64,000 nucleotides of DNA from positions 32,001 to 96,000 of IMG/VR virus record IMGVR_UViG_3300049988_000286; one strand, given 5' to 3'. The notes beneath the pieces are model-generated. The model was not told the DNA's origin. It saw nothing but the letters and a program-made list of their open reading frames with translations, and did no database searches. The number at the start of each line of letters is the position of its first letter. Positions within the stretch are counted from its first letter, which is position 1. The stretch comes from a virus. Its lineage: Duplodnaviria; Caudoviricetes. Positions 1 through 8,433 of this stretch are shown in pieces. Position numbers and translations under genes: made by a program.

Positions 1-268
1 CATCGCGGCGGACGAATTGATGATCGGCGTTGCCCTCTAGACGCCCACCGAATATCGCGCGAGCGAACAGGGAAGTGAACTTGCACGACAGGGAGAGATC
101 ATCGGGCAGGGTTGCGTTAGGCCCGCCGCGTTCACGGGCGCGTTCCTGCCACTTGCGCAGAACGAAGACGCGTGCGGCTTCGATGTTCTCGCTCGTGGGT
201 TCGAGAAGACCGTCTTTGTCAGCGCGCTTGAAGTCCCGGCCTTCGACTAGGTTGATCCAGTTTCGCAT
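1..268 (-). CDS. hypothetical protein, N-terminal part (MRNWINLVEG...), runs off left edge
   Basis: ATG at 268, 4 nt after minus-strand TAAATA (273-278); frame open to the edge. Confidence 0.7.
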   Translation of the reverse strand, partial: MRNWINLVEGRDFKRADKDGLLEPTSENIEAARVFVLRKWQERARERGGPNATLPDDLSLSCKFTSLFARAIFGGRLEGNADHQFVRRD

Positions 269-285
269 CCTCTATTTAGGGCTGC

Positions 286-314
286 TTGACACATGTGAGC
301 GAACTGTATAGAGG
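286..314 (+). promoter_or_regulatory. sigma70-like early promoter
   Basis: TTGACA-N17-TAGAGG, then GGAG and ATG 335. Confidence 0.55.
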
Positions 315-334
315 GCGGGGAGGAGATAGCCGAA

Positions 335-841
335 ATGTCTGAACTCTACCCCAGCGATCCCGCGCTACGCCAACGCCTCAATAGCTTCGCGCTATCCCCG
401 ACCCTCAACTCCTTGGTGGGTTGGGTGATGCCCCGTGGCGGCATCGTCTTCACGGAAACGCATGAGCATCGGTCGGCTTTGCCCAAGGAGTGGCAGGATC
501 GCTACACGGAACTCCTCCACGCAGCGGAGCGCGCGATCGAGGATCAGTTGGAGGAGGAGTATCGCCTCTACCCCGACGAGCATCCCGCCTATCATCGTTT
601 CGATGCCGACTCGGATGCCGACGATGCCTTGCTGCGACAACTCGCCGAGGAGGGCTACATGCGCTTCGGTATCTGGCGCACCGGCGGGGATGTCCGCATG
701 GAAGTGACCGCCACCCCGGCGTTGGTGAAGCGCCATGATCTCGCCGTGCGTGAATTAGTCTCGGAGGCCTTGGTGGAAGCCGTTTACCTCGACGAGATTA
801 CGCAATATGGAACGCGGCGTAAGCGTCTCCGAGGGTATTGA
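335..841 (+). CDS. hypothetical protein
   Basis: ORF with SD and upstream promoter. Confidence 0.75.
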   Translation: MSELYPSDPALRQRLNSFALSPTLNSLVGWVMPRGGIVFTETHEHRSALPKEWQDRYTELLHAAERAIEDQLEEEYRLYPDEHPAYHRFDADSDADDALLRQLAEEGYMRFGIWRTGGDVRMEVTATPALVKRHDLAVRELVSEALVEAVYLDEITQYGTRRKRLRGY

Positions 842-870
842 TTTCAGTCTCAACATTCAGAGGAAGTATC

Positions 871-1329
871 ATGAACGACGCAGCACAGCGTTTCCGCGCC
901 TCGTTGGAGAAGCGCATCGCCGAGCATCCCAAGGTGGAACCCCACCCCTCCCTCTGTCCGCCGCGTGCGGGCGGGCGTTGGCCGTGGCCGTTCTTCCGTC
1001 TCTCGAACGGGTTCGAGATCGAGTTGAACGAAGTCCTGCGGGTGCGATGCTTGCGAGACTTCGATGGATCGCAGGGTGCGGTGGCTCGCGTCGGTGATGT
1101 GATCGCAGTCCGCGCGGAGCCTCGTTGGTTGGAGTTGGTCAAGTTCGGCCGGGGCAATCGTCGCTACCTCAATGTTCAGACGCCCGCGATCGAGGGTCGG
1201 GACTTCGAGGTCATCGCGAGCGAGAAGATGTGGCTCATCAATGATCAGGCGCGATCGATGGCGGGTATGACCGACGAGGCATTGGCTGCTCGTCAGGAGC
1301 GTGAATGCGGACCCCATACGCAGGATTGA
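871..1329 (+). CDS. hypothetical protein
   Basis: ORF, GAGGA SD before ATG 871. Confidence 0.7.
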   Translation: MNDAAQRFRASLEKRIAEHPKVEPHPSLCPPRAGGRWPWPFFRLSNGFEIELNEVLRVRCLRDFDGSQGAVARVGDVIAVRAEPRWLELVKFGRGNRRYLNVQTPAIEGRDFEVIASEKMWLINDQARSMAGMTDEALAARQERECGPHTQD

Positions 1330-1363
1330 AACAGCGCGTCGCGATCGAGCAGAAGCGGCGTCG

Positions 1364-1693
1364 TTAGTCCGAGTACTTCTCCATGACGCGCTTGATATCG
1401 GCGAAGAATGCGGAAATCTGGCGTGCATCACCATTGATGGTGATCGGAACCGTCTTGGAGAGGAAACCACTAGGCGCGCCGATCTCAACATCAGTGAGAC
1501 CGAATTTCTTTGCGGCGAGGCGCTGAAGCGTCGTAGGCAGCGTCGGGCTCCAGTGAATGCGCCCAATCTCCAACGAGGTGCGAACCCGAGCCGTGCCGGG
1601 ATGACCGGCGAGACGATCGATCGCTGTATCCATATCGAGGATCGGTGCCTCTTCGAGGACGCTTTCGTTGATGATGTTGATGAAATTTCGCAT
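1364..1693 (-). CDS. hypothetical late protein (MRNFINIINES...)
   Basis: ATG 4 nt after TAAATA (1698-1703, minus). Confidence 0.65.
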   Translation of the reverse strand: MRNFINIINESVLEEAPILDMDTAIDRLAGHPGTARVRTSLEIGRIHWSPTLPTTLQRLAAKKFGLTDVEIGAPSGFLSKTVPITINGDARQISAFFADIKRVMEKYSD

Positions 1694-1729
1694 ATGGTAT
1701 TTAGCGTTCGGACCGGCAGGAGAGCAACC

Positions 1730-1948
1730 ATGAAGACCGCCAGTGAGATCATTGCACTGATCCGCGAATACCAAACCGGCTACGCGGCGCAGGACAACAT
1801 CGAGGCGGCTCGGGTCGCCAAGGTTCTGGCTCGACTGCTCGATGAAGCAGAGGGGAGGAAGCCCCCCATGCAGCCACTGCCGTCCGATGTCGTGACTGGA
1901 ACGCCGAATATCGCAGAACTGCGAGAGAAATACTTCGGGAGTGATTGA
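1730..1948 (+). CDS. hypothetical protein
   Basis: AGGAG SD, ATG 1730. Confidence 0.6.
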   Translation: MKTASEIIALIREYQTGYAAQDNIEAARVAKVLARLLDEAEGRKPPMQPLPSDVVTGTPNIAELREKYFGSD

Positions 1949-1973
1949 CACAGTTCGCATCATGGTGTAGTTC
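1945..1973 (+). promoter_or_regulatory. sigma70-like early promoter
   Basis: TTGACA-N17-TAGTTC. Confidence 0.5.
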
Positions 1974-1994
1974 GCTCTATGAAAGGAATCACCC

Positions 1995-2306
1995 ATGAAG
2001 CAGTTTTTCACCAACCTCCGCGCCCGCATCGAGGGTGCCTCGATCCAGACTCGTTCCATCTACGCGATCGTGACCGCGCTGATCGGCATCACGATCAACT
2101 TCGCCTTCGCCTCGGTCTGCTTCGCGGCGGTGCGGGCGTTCTGGCCCCTGTCGGCGGGCGGGACTGCATGGGGTCTGGGCTTCATGGCTTTCCTCGTCGC
2201 CATCGAGGTCTTGAAGAATGTTGCCAAGGCGGTGATTTCGATTATCTTCGCCTTCCGTGACCTCGCGGTGCAGCGTCGTCTCGATCTTTTCGTAAAGGGT
2301 GCCTGA
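1995..2306 (+). CDS. membrane protein
   Basis: two to three hydrophobic segments; AAGGA SD. Confidence 0.75.
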   Translation: MKQFFTNLRARIEGASIQTRSIYAIVTALIGITINFAFASVCFAAVRAFWPLSAGGTAWGLGFMAFLVAIEVLKNVAKAVISIIFAFRDLAVQRRLDLFVKGA

Positions 2307-2788
2307 TGTCCGATCTTCCTGCCGGTTACCTCGTCCGCGTCACCTCGTGGGAGAATGATGCCGATAATTACAAGACCGTGGAACGGGCAGGTTTGAGCGA
2401 GAGCGACGCGCGGTTCTTCATCCGGGCCGCGCAGCTTTTCCGGAGCGTGAACAGGCACGAGTTCGGCGACGCGCCGCGCTTCGGTAATGCGGACATTCGA
2501 GGCGATCGTCCCGGTCGTGCAAACGACGCCGGACTTCCCGACGCCTTGGAGGCGCTGGTGCGCGAGCACAAAGCTGTGTTCGGATCGGTTCCCCAATATT
2601 GGGATACCGACACGTGGAAGAACGAGGCCCAGCACGCCGAGTACCGCGTGGACTACACCCATGAGGTCTTCTATGACCTGATCGGGACGTGGGCGGAAGG
2701 CGAGTATTGGCGCGTCTATGAATCGCACGTGGTGTTGTTCGTGCCAGAGGTGATTCGTGATGTGACGGCCTCGTTCGCCACGGGATGA
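2306..2788 (+). CDS. hypothetical protein
   Basis: coupled ORF (TGATG). Confidence 0.75.
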   Translation: MSDLPAGYLVRVTSWENDADNYKTVERAGLSESDARFFIRAAQLFRSVNRHEFGDAPRFGNADIRGDRPGRANDAGLPDALEALVREHKAVFGSVPQYWDTDTWKNEAQHAEYRVDYTHEVFYDLIGTWAEGEYWRVYESHVVLFVPEVIRDVTASFATG

Positions 2789-3012
2789 GGTTGCTCGCCT
2801 CGCCTCCGATGCCATTCGGGCAGCAGCACATCGTTGCCATCCGGGGCTTTCGCGATCGTTGCCGCACAGCCTTGAAGCATTGGCTTCGAGAGAATGGATA
2901 TCTGACCGCAGAGATCGGGATGGATATTGGCATATGGTGCAACGTCTATTTCACCGATTCCCATGAGGCCGATCTGTTCTATCTCACCTTTGCGTCGGTG
3001 AGGACGCTGTGA
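2785..3012 (+). CDS. small paralog-family protein (HWLRENG...EADLFYLTF)
   Basis: family motif, coupled. Confidence 0.65.
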   Translation: MRLLASPPMPFGQQHIVAIRGFRDRCRTALKHWLRENGYLTAEIGMDIGIWCNVYFTDSHEADLFYLTFASVRTL

Positions 3013-3236
3013 TTCAGTCACGGCGGATATTCTTCCACGGGTATGCGAAAAGGTGGGCATGTGCCTTGCGTGAACCGAGCCTCCGGGTTTCTTCGACCGC
3101 GATGGATGTGCGTCGATGGCTAGATCAGAATGGTATGCCGCAAGCCAGCGTGGGTAACTCCAAAATGATCTGGTTCGATAGCGAGGATGACGCTGCGTTG
3201 TTCCATCTCGCCTTCGTGACCGGTATGGAATTATAG
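3009..3236 (+). CDS. small paralog-family protein (RWLDQNG...DDAALFHLAF)
   Basis: family motif, coupled. Confidence 0.65.
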   Translation: MIQSRRIFFHGYAKRWACALREPSLRVSSTAMDVRRWLDQNGMPQASVGNSKMIWFDSEDDAALFHLAFVTGMEL

Positions 3237-3285
3237 TCTGGACAGTTCGCTATAATCATTTATACAGCGGGTAAGGAGAATCGAG

Positions 3286-3465
3286 ATGTCCAAGTCCCGC
3301 CAGCGTCTCACCTACGGCTTCGCCCTCGGTCAGGATCGCATCGTCGTCACCATCACCGAGGCAAAGTTTGGGTGGACAGTTGTTCGCCGCCGTAACGGTG
3401 TCGAGGAGAGCCGTGAAACCGCCATGGGTTCGCTCATGACGGTGCTCGCGGAGGCCACGTCTTGA
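3286..3465 (+). CDS. small hypothetical protein (59 aa)
   Basis: TAAGGAG SD; upstream TGGACA-N16-TATACA. Confidence 0.6.
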   Translation: MSKSRQRLTYGFALGQDRIVVTITEAKFGWTVVRRRNGVEESRETAMGSLMTVLAEATS

Positions 3466-3496
3466 CGCTATTGTCGAACTGTGAGACAAGCGGGCG

Positions 3497-3904
3497 ATGA
3501 ACCCTAGTGACGAACGCCCCGCGTGGTGGACCGCCTTCATCGATCGCTTCGAGCGTCTCGACAACTTGATCGAGCAGGGCGTCAGTGATGCCGACGATGA
3601 GCAGCTTGCCATCAACACGTCCTCGCAATTCCATGCGCAGAGGTTCGCGGCCCAATTGATCGACTGTCGAAGGCCGGGCGTCTTCATCGACCTTAACGGT
3701 TGCGTGCGATTGGTCTGGGACGCCGGGGAGGAACAGGTCGCGCTGCTCTTCAATCCAAGGGGGAGGGTAGGGTTTGTCTTCCTGCGCCTCGATGGTGAGG
3801 GGGCGGTGGATGATCTTCGCGGAACAGTCCGCGCATCGCTCATCATGCTGTTGATCGAGCGATTTGAGATCAAGCACGTGATGCTCGACAGGAGTGACCA
3901 ATGA
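3497..3904 (+). CDS. hypothetical protein
   Basis: ORF in co-oriented run. Confidence 0.65.
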   Translation: MNPSDERPAWWTAFIDRFERLDNLIEQGVSDADDEQLAINTSSQFHAQRFAAQLIDCRRPGVFIDLNGCVRLVWDAGEEQVALLFNPRGRVGFVFLRLDGEGAVDDLRGTVRASLIMLLIERFEIKHVMLDRSDQ

Positions 3905-4086
3905 TCGACTTCCATGATTTTGAAAGAGATGGCCAAGGGCGTCCCTACCCCAACGATACACCGGAGCAGTTGCGCGCACGCTCGGAAGACCTTCGCGAGA
4001 GGATCGCGGCCCGGCAGCGTGGCGAGTGGCCCACCTTTCGCCTCCCGACCAAAGGTGATGTGGGCGGCGAGATACCGGGCGGTTGA
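3901..4086 (+). CDS. small hypothetical protein
   Basis: AGGAG SD. Confidence 0.55.
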   Translation: MIDFHDFERDGQGRPYPNDTPEQLRARSEDLRERIAARQRGEWPTFRLPTKGDVGGEIPGG

Positions 4087-4313
4087 GATGTTGCTGACCG
4101 GGCTCACCGGCTATCTTGTTTCCCTCGGCAGTGTCGGCCATGAACAAGTAAGGCAAGGGGTCTCTCACCCCCGCGACTGACGGCACCTAGTGCCTCCCAG
4201 AACCTCCGACCGGATTGTGTGTCCATCCACACCGCAGCAACCCAGTGACGATACCCGCGACAGGGGCGATTTTCAATATTGCCCAGCGCCACGGAAGCGC
4301 CTATCACGTCATT

Positions 4314-4455
4314 GTCGGGGAAGCGCATGGAGGTCGTTCCTTCTTTGCATGATAAGCCCGAGGTTGCAGGTTCGAGCCCTGCCTCTCCAACCTGATGGAG
4401 GGTAGCTCAATTGGTAGAGCGCGGAAAAAATACGGTTCCGATTTGCTTCCCCGGC
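4314..4455 (+). ncRNA. circularly permuted tRNA-Ile(GAT)-like RNA (3' half precedes 5' half)
   Basis: 3' half GATAA-GCCCG-AGGTT-GCAGG-TTCGAGC-CCTGC-CTCTCCA-A (4351-4390) then 5' half TGGAGGG-TA-GCTC-AATTGGTA-GAGC-G-CGG (4396-4424); acceptor strands pair 7/7; flanks pair 11/11 (4314-4324 with 4445-4455). Confidence 0.7.
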
Positions 4456-4464
4456 CCTTGACCG

Positions 4465-4485
4465 AACTACCCCAGCGGGGTAGTT
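4465..4485 (+). terminator. perfect hairpin after the permuted RNA (terminator or processing site)
   Basis: AACTACCCC-AGC-GGGGTAGTT. Confidence 0.4.
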
Positions 4486-4658
4486 GAAGGCATGACCTAT
4501 ACCCAAACCGCTCCCGGTGGCGCGACGCGCGTTTTCGAGACCTTCATCGACGATGCGGGCTCGACGTGGCTGATCATCATCGAGGGGGAGGATCGGCATG
4601 AAATGTGCCTCAAGCCCAGCGATGTCATGGGTCTGGGGCGTATCTTGGGATTTGGGCG

Positions 4659-5144
4659 ATGAAGCCCCTCTGGCTTTATCGCCCGCTCCTCAACATTCGC
4701 CCGGTGCTGGAATTTGCGCAACGCGTTGGCGTCACCAAAGTGATGCCGCCCGAGCATCTTCATGCCACGCTCGCGACCGTCCGTCCCCCGTGCGACTGGG
4801 ATGACCTCGCACTCGAAACCGACGAGATCATCATCCCGGCGGGGATGAAGAAAATCCAGATTTTCGGCTTCCACGCCAAGGGACTGACCTTCGGCCACGA
4901 GCGGTTCTCCTCTCGCCATGCCGAGTTGGCGCGCCTCTACCCTGCGATGGATCACGCCTCGTTGCTGCGTCCCCACGTCACCCTCTACCGTGGGGGCAAG
5001 ATGCCGCGCGGAGATGTCGGCTACGAGGGTGAACTTGTTTTCGGTCCCGAGATCGCCGTTGAATTCGATGAGGTAGAAGCGCGTGGCATCAAGCACGTCA
5101 AACTCGCCGATTACCTTAATGCACGCGAGGACGCCTCGGTGTAG
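4659..5144 (+). CDS. 2H phosphoesterase, Acb1/T4 gp57B-like (anti-CBASS candidate)
   Basis: two HxT motifs (LHATL, PHVTL), P-x-D-W, and C-terminal G-E-L-V-F-G-P-E. Confidence 0.7.
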   Translation: MKPLWLYRPLLNIRPVLEFAQRVGVTKVMPPEHLHATLATVRPPCDWDDLALETDEIIIPAGMKKIQIFGFHAKGLTFGHERFSSRHAELARLYPAMDHASLLRPHVTLYRGGKMPRGDVGYEGELVFGPEIAVEFDEVEARGIKHVKLADYLNAREDASV

Positions 5145-5153
5145 GTTCGTGGT

Positions 5154-5759
5154 ATGACCATCAATCAAGAACTCGTCGTCTACGACGCCGCTCTCCGCGC
5201 TGACTCTACCCTTCACGATCAGATGATCGAGCATGGCGGTGTCTCCGCCCCTGTGCGGCACCTCGCCGGGGCTGATGTCCCAGATGAGTATTTCAGTGAG
5301 GCGATCAGCGCGATGGTGCAGGAGACCATCGTCATGCTGTTCTACGATCTCCACCGTGCTGCTCGACGACTACGACCCACTGCGACGCTGAATTGGTCGG
5401 CTACCTTCTCCGACGAGATAGAGCTTAAATCCATCCCGGCAAAGATGGTACTAACCGCCAAGGCCTTGAGCGATGATGCCATCTTCGTCGTATCTCCGAC
5501 TGTTCTCACGATCGTTCAGTCCGCTGGTGCATTGCAGCGAGTAGAGAATATGCGCCGCGACGAGAATGAATACTCGATCTCTGGTCACCGAGTATTCATC
5601 GACCCCTATGCTGATGATCAAGCAGCCATCATCGTGGCACAGCGGGGCTGGTTCCATTTCAGCAATGGTTCAATCCACAGTGATGGGCTCATGATGAAAA
5701 ACGACATCGTGACCTCGCTGGTCCCCGATCGTATTGCCATTATCGATCTGGTGCAGTAA
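5154..5759 (+). CDS. degenerate T4 gp23/gp24-like capsid paralog fragment
   Basis: FVVSPTV...SGHRVFIDPYADD resembles the gp23 C-terminal region; only 201 aa. Confidence 0.4.
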   Translation: MTINQELVVYDAALRADSTLHDQMIEHGGVSAPVRHLAGADVPDEYFSEAISAMVQETIVMLFYDLHRAARRLRPTATLNWSATFSDEIELKSIPAKMVLTAKALSDDAIFVVSPTVLTIVQSAGALQRVENMRRDENEYSISGHRVFIDPYADDQAAIIVAQRGWFHFSNGSIHSDGLMMKNDIVTSLVPDRIAIIDLVQ

Positions 5760-5794
5760 CGCCGTGGTGTTGCACCGGGCACCCCGAGATACGT

Positions 5795-5892
5795 GAGGCT
5801 AGCGTATGCAAGGTTTGAGAGAGGCTCCAAGCCCGGCCGATCAGGGATCAAATCCTGAACTGGAGCGGTTCGATTCCGTAGATGCTTCACCA
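5795..5892 (+). ncRNA. possible degenerate tRNA-like RNA
   Basis: GCGG-TTCGATT-CCGT T-arm, GAGGC/GCTTC partial acceptor, A-CCA end, two internal hairpins. Confidence 0.3.
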
Positions 5893-5930
5893 TTCCAAAT
5901 CGATCTCGGCATCGACGCCAATGGCCAGAT

Positions 5931-6078
5931 CATGCAATTCAGTGATTTTCAAAGGCAGAGATCGGCTGTCTTGCAATGGTGCAATGATAATTTACCCGCA
6001 GGGTCTTGGCGCTACGGCTACCAAGCGCTTTTACTCGATCGTGAGCAAGACTATATACTCTATACATTAAGCTTTTAG
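5931..6078 (+). CDS. small paralog-family protein (QWCNDNL...EQDYILYTLSF); start approximate
   Basis: family motif; start codon uncertain. Confidence 0.5.
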
Positions 6079-6174
6079 GAGGTTGTTTATGTCATCGCGG
6101 GACGCCGGTTAAGTAAAAGGTTTCAGAAGATCGCTCCCCTCTACGCGTATTTCGCGCGTGATTGGCAGCACTGT

Positions 6175-6480
6175 ATGGACTTCACCCCATACGCTCTGCA
6201 AGACCTCTACGTCTATGAGAGCACAGGTCGCGGTCATGTTTGCGCGTGCAACGGTTACGCACACGGCAAAAAGATGATGGATGTAAACCTCGCACAATGG
6301 CGCGAGGACATGTGGAAGACACTTTGGCCATGGGAACTCTACGAAGACCCCCATCTGCCTGATTGGTGGCTGGACAAAGTATTGGGGTTCGAGGGGAGTC
6401 GCCTCTATGGTGTTGACTCCCTTGATCGTCATCCTATACTTGGGACAGCACAGGTGCCGTCCATAGGTGAGACGGAATAG
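6175..6480 (+). CDS. hypothetical protein
   Basis: ORF. Confidence 0.6.
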   Translation: MDFTPYALQDLYVYESTGRGHVCACNGYAHGKKMMDVNLAQWREDMWKTLWPWELYEDPHLPDWWLDKVLGFEGSRLYGVDSLDRHPILGTAQVPSIGETE

Positions 6481-6491
6481 AGGGGGCGGAG

Positions 6492-7121
6492 ATGTTCGGA
6501 CAGTATCGCTCCCTTACCGTCAAAGAGGGACTCGGCTGGCTCAAGACTGGTGCCCCTTCACGCGAGACGATGCTCCTGCCGCACCCCACGGACTATTTCG
6601 ATCTCGACTTTGAGGAGCACGCATCCCGCTACAGGATGCGGGGTAGCTGGGTCCATACCTTGAGTTTCGCCATCCCCTGCCTTGAAGCGATGGAGTGCCT
6701 GAAGGCGCGTTCCGTTGTCGAGGTCGGCGCTGGGACTGGCTACTGGTCGTCCCTCATTGCCCTGCATGGCGGGGATATCATCGCGACCGATATCGAGACA
6801 GGCATATCAGGTTACCGGCACCACATCGGGGCCTTTCATGGTGTGGAGCAACTCTCCGCCACCGAAGCCGCTACCCGCTACCCGGATCGTGATGTCCTTA
6901 CCGTGTGGCCCAATTACGACGAGTCGTGGGCCTATGAGATGGCGTGCACGATTGAGGGAGATCGTCTGCTACATTACGTGGGTGAGGGTTACGGAGGCTG
7001 CACCGCCGACGATGATTTTCACACGCTGATGTCGCGAGAGTTCGATCAGATATCAGAGGTTGCAATTCCGCAGTGGGAGGGTATTCACGATTATCTGACC
7101 ACCTATCGGCGGAAGCGCTGA
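6492..7121 (+). CDS. class I SAM-dependent methyltransferase-like protein
   Basis: VVEVGAGTGYW motif I; GEGYGGCTADDDF. Confidence 0.7.
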   Translation: MFGQYRSLTVKEGLGWLKTGAPSRETMLLPHPTDYFDLDFEEHASRYRMRGSWVHTLSFAIPCLEAMECLKARSVVEVGAGTGYWSSLIALHGGDIIATDIETGISGYRHHIGAFHGVEQLSATEAATRYPDRDVLTVWPNYDESWAYEMACTIEGDRLLHYVGEGYGGCTADDDFHTLMSREFDQISEVAIPQWEGIHDYLTTYRRKR

Positions 7122-7123
7122 AC

Positions 7124-7199
7124 GGTCCCGAAGCTCAACTGGATGAGCGGCCGAATCCTAGTCGGAAGGTTGCGGGTTCGAGTCCCGCCGGGACCGCCA
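7124..7199 (+). tRNA. tRNA-Arg(CCT)
   Basis: cloverleaf GGTCCCG/CGGGACC, loop ATCCTAG, GTTCGAGTC, encoded CCA. Confidence 0.9.
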
Positions 7200-7349
7200 A
7201 CACGGAGAAGCATGTGGCGACGGCAACGATCACCTTGACGGTCACCGGTGACATCACCGATGTGCGCAGCCTTGAGACGCCCGCCCTCGCCGCGATGTTG
7301 GCCAAACTCCCCAATGTAGCGGAAGTGCAATGCACGGTTAGGATCGCGG

Positions 7350-7808
7350 ATGAAGATCACGAGTGAATCACCCGGAGACTTCGAATCTTCGATCGATCGC
7401 TTCTGCGAGCATCTCCTTACGCTTGAAGGGCCTCTCAAGGTCTCTGGATCGGTTCGGGTCTCTGATGGCCAAGCGACCCTCCTCGGGAGCATCGAACCCT
7501 ATCAGTCGATTCCGGGCTTTCAGTATTTCTACACCAAGGATTGGCCGTGTGGCGATCGTATCTTTGACGTGTCAGAGACGATCAACTTTCGCCTTCTCGA
7601 AGAGGGCAGGTTGGTTTGGTTCTGTATGCCCAGACAGCCACCGTGCACTCATGTCCTGACTCTCGTTTATGGCGTTTGGGCGCACAACAAAGAGCCGGTC
7701 CATAATCGCTTCGCTTTCCGGGGCAGCGACGAGGAGGCCTTTGTTCTCGCGCTCCAATACGGAGCACGCTTACAAAAGGCTTGCGACTTCTTTCGAACTG
7801 TGAGATAA
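7350..7808 (+). CDS. hypothetical protein ending in paralog-family motif
   Basis: ...FAFRGSDEEAFVLALQYG. Confidence 0.6.
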   Translation: MKITSESPGDFESSIDRFCEHLLTLEGPLKVSGSVRVSDGQATLLGSIEPYQSIPGFQYFYTKDWPCGDRIFDVSETINFRLLEEGRLVWFCMPRQPPCTHVLTLVYGVWAHNKEPVHNRFAFRGSDEEAFVLALQYGARLQKACDFFRTVR

Positions 7809-7880
7809 ACGCTTATCAGGAGAATAGGCATGAAGTACTGGATCGCCGACGCCCACTAGGTAACCTAGTGGAGAAAACCA

Positions 7881-8372
7881 ATGAACTACACCTACCCCCT
7901 CATCGCAACCTCGCGTAGCAATGAGACCCGCATCTTCCGTGATGCCGATACTTTTCTCGCATTCGCCCGTGACCGTCGCAACGGCGGCGTCGGGGCTTAC
8001 TGGCTAGAGGCTCGCGTCAACCTCTTCAGCGGGAAGAGCCCAAAGCTCTTCCGGGCCTCCGAAGGTGGTCTCTTCGATCGCTGGCGCGAGACCACTCGCA
8101 ACGAGTGGATCGTTCGCGACGATCGTGGTCGTGTTGTTGATCGCGCCGAGATCGCCGCCGCGAAGGGCGACGGTCCCCGTCGCTACTACCGCTACCGCGC
8201 GGATGTCGTCCTCGCTGCCAAGCTGGGGCTCCCCATCCCCGGCACGAGCAATCGTCGCGGTGGCAACAAGCGCTACAGCAAGAACGGGCGCAACGGCACC
8301 TACAACCGCGACAAGGGCCTGTTCCTCTTCGAGGACAACGAGATCGCTCGCGGCAACTTTACTGACCTCTGA
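7881..8372 (+). CDS. basic hypothetical protein
   Basis: GGAG SD, followed by a terminator. Confidence 0.75.
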   Translation: MNYTYPLIATSRSNETRIFRDADTFLAFARDRRNGGVGAYWLEARVNLFSGKSPKLFRASEGGLFDRWRETTRNEWIVRDDRGRVVDRAEIAAAKGDGPRRYYRYRADVVLAAKLGLPIPGTSNRRGGNKRYSKNGRNGTYNRDKGLFLFEDNEIARGNFTDL

Positions 8373-8373
8373 C

Positions 8374-8397
8374 AGGTGGCCTTCGGGCCACCTTTTT
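8374..8397 (+). terminator. intrinsic terminator
   Basis: AGGTGGCC-TTCG-GGCCACCT-TTTT. Confidence 0.85.
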
Positions 8398-8433
8398 CTT
8401 TACAGAGTTCGTTTCCCAGTATAGAGACAGGGT

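Noticed and set aside
4351-4424. Two-piece tmRNA reading of the permuted locus
   Set aside because: Has a true D-stem, no G3-U70 and no tag reading frame after the 5' half
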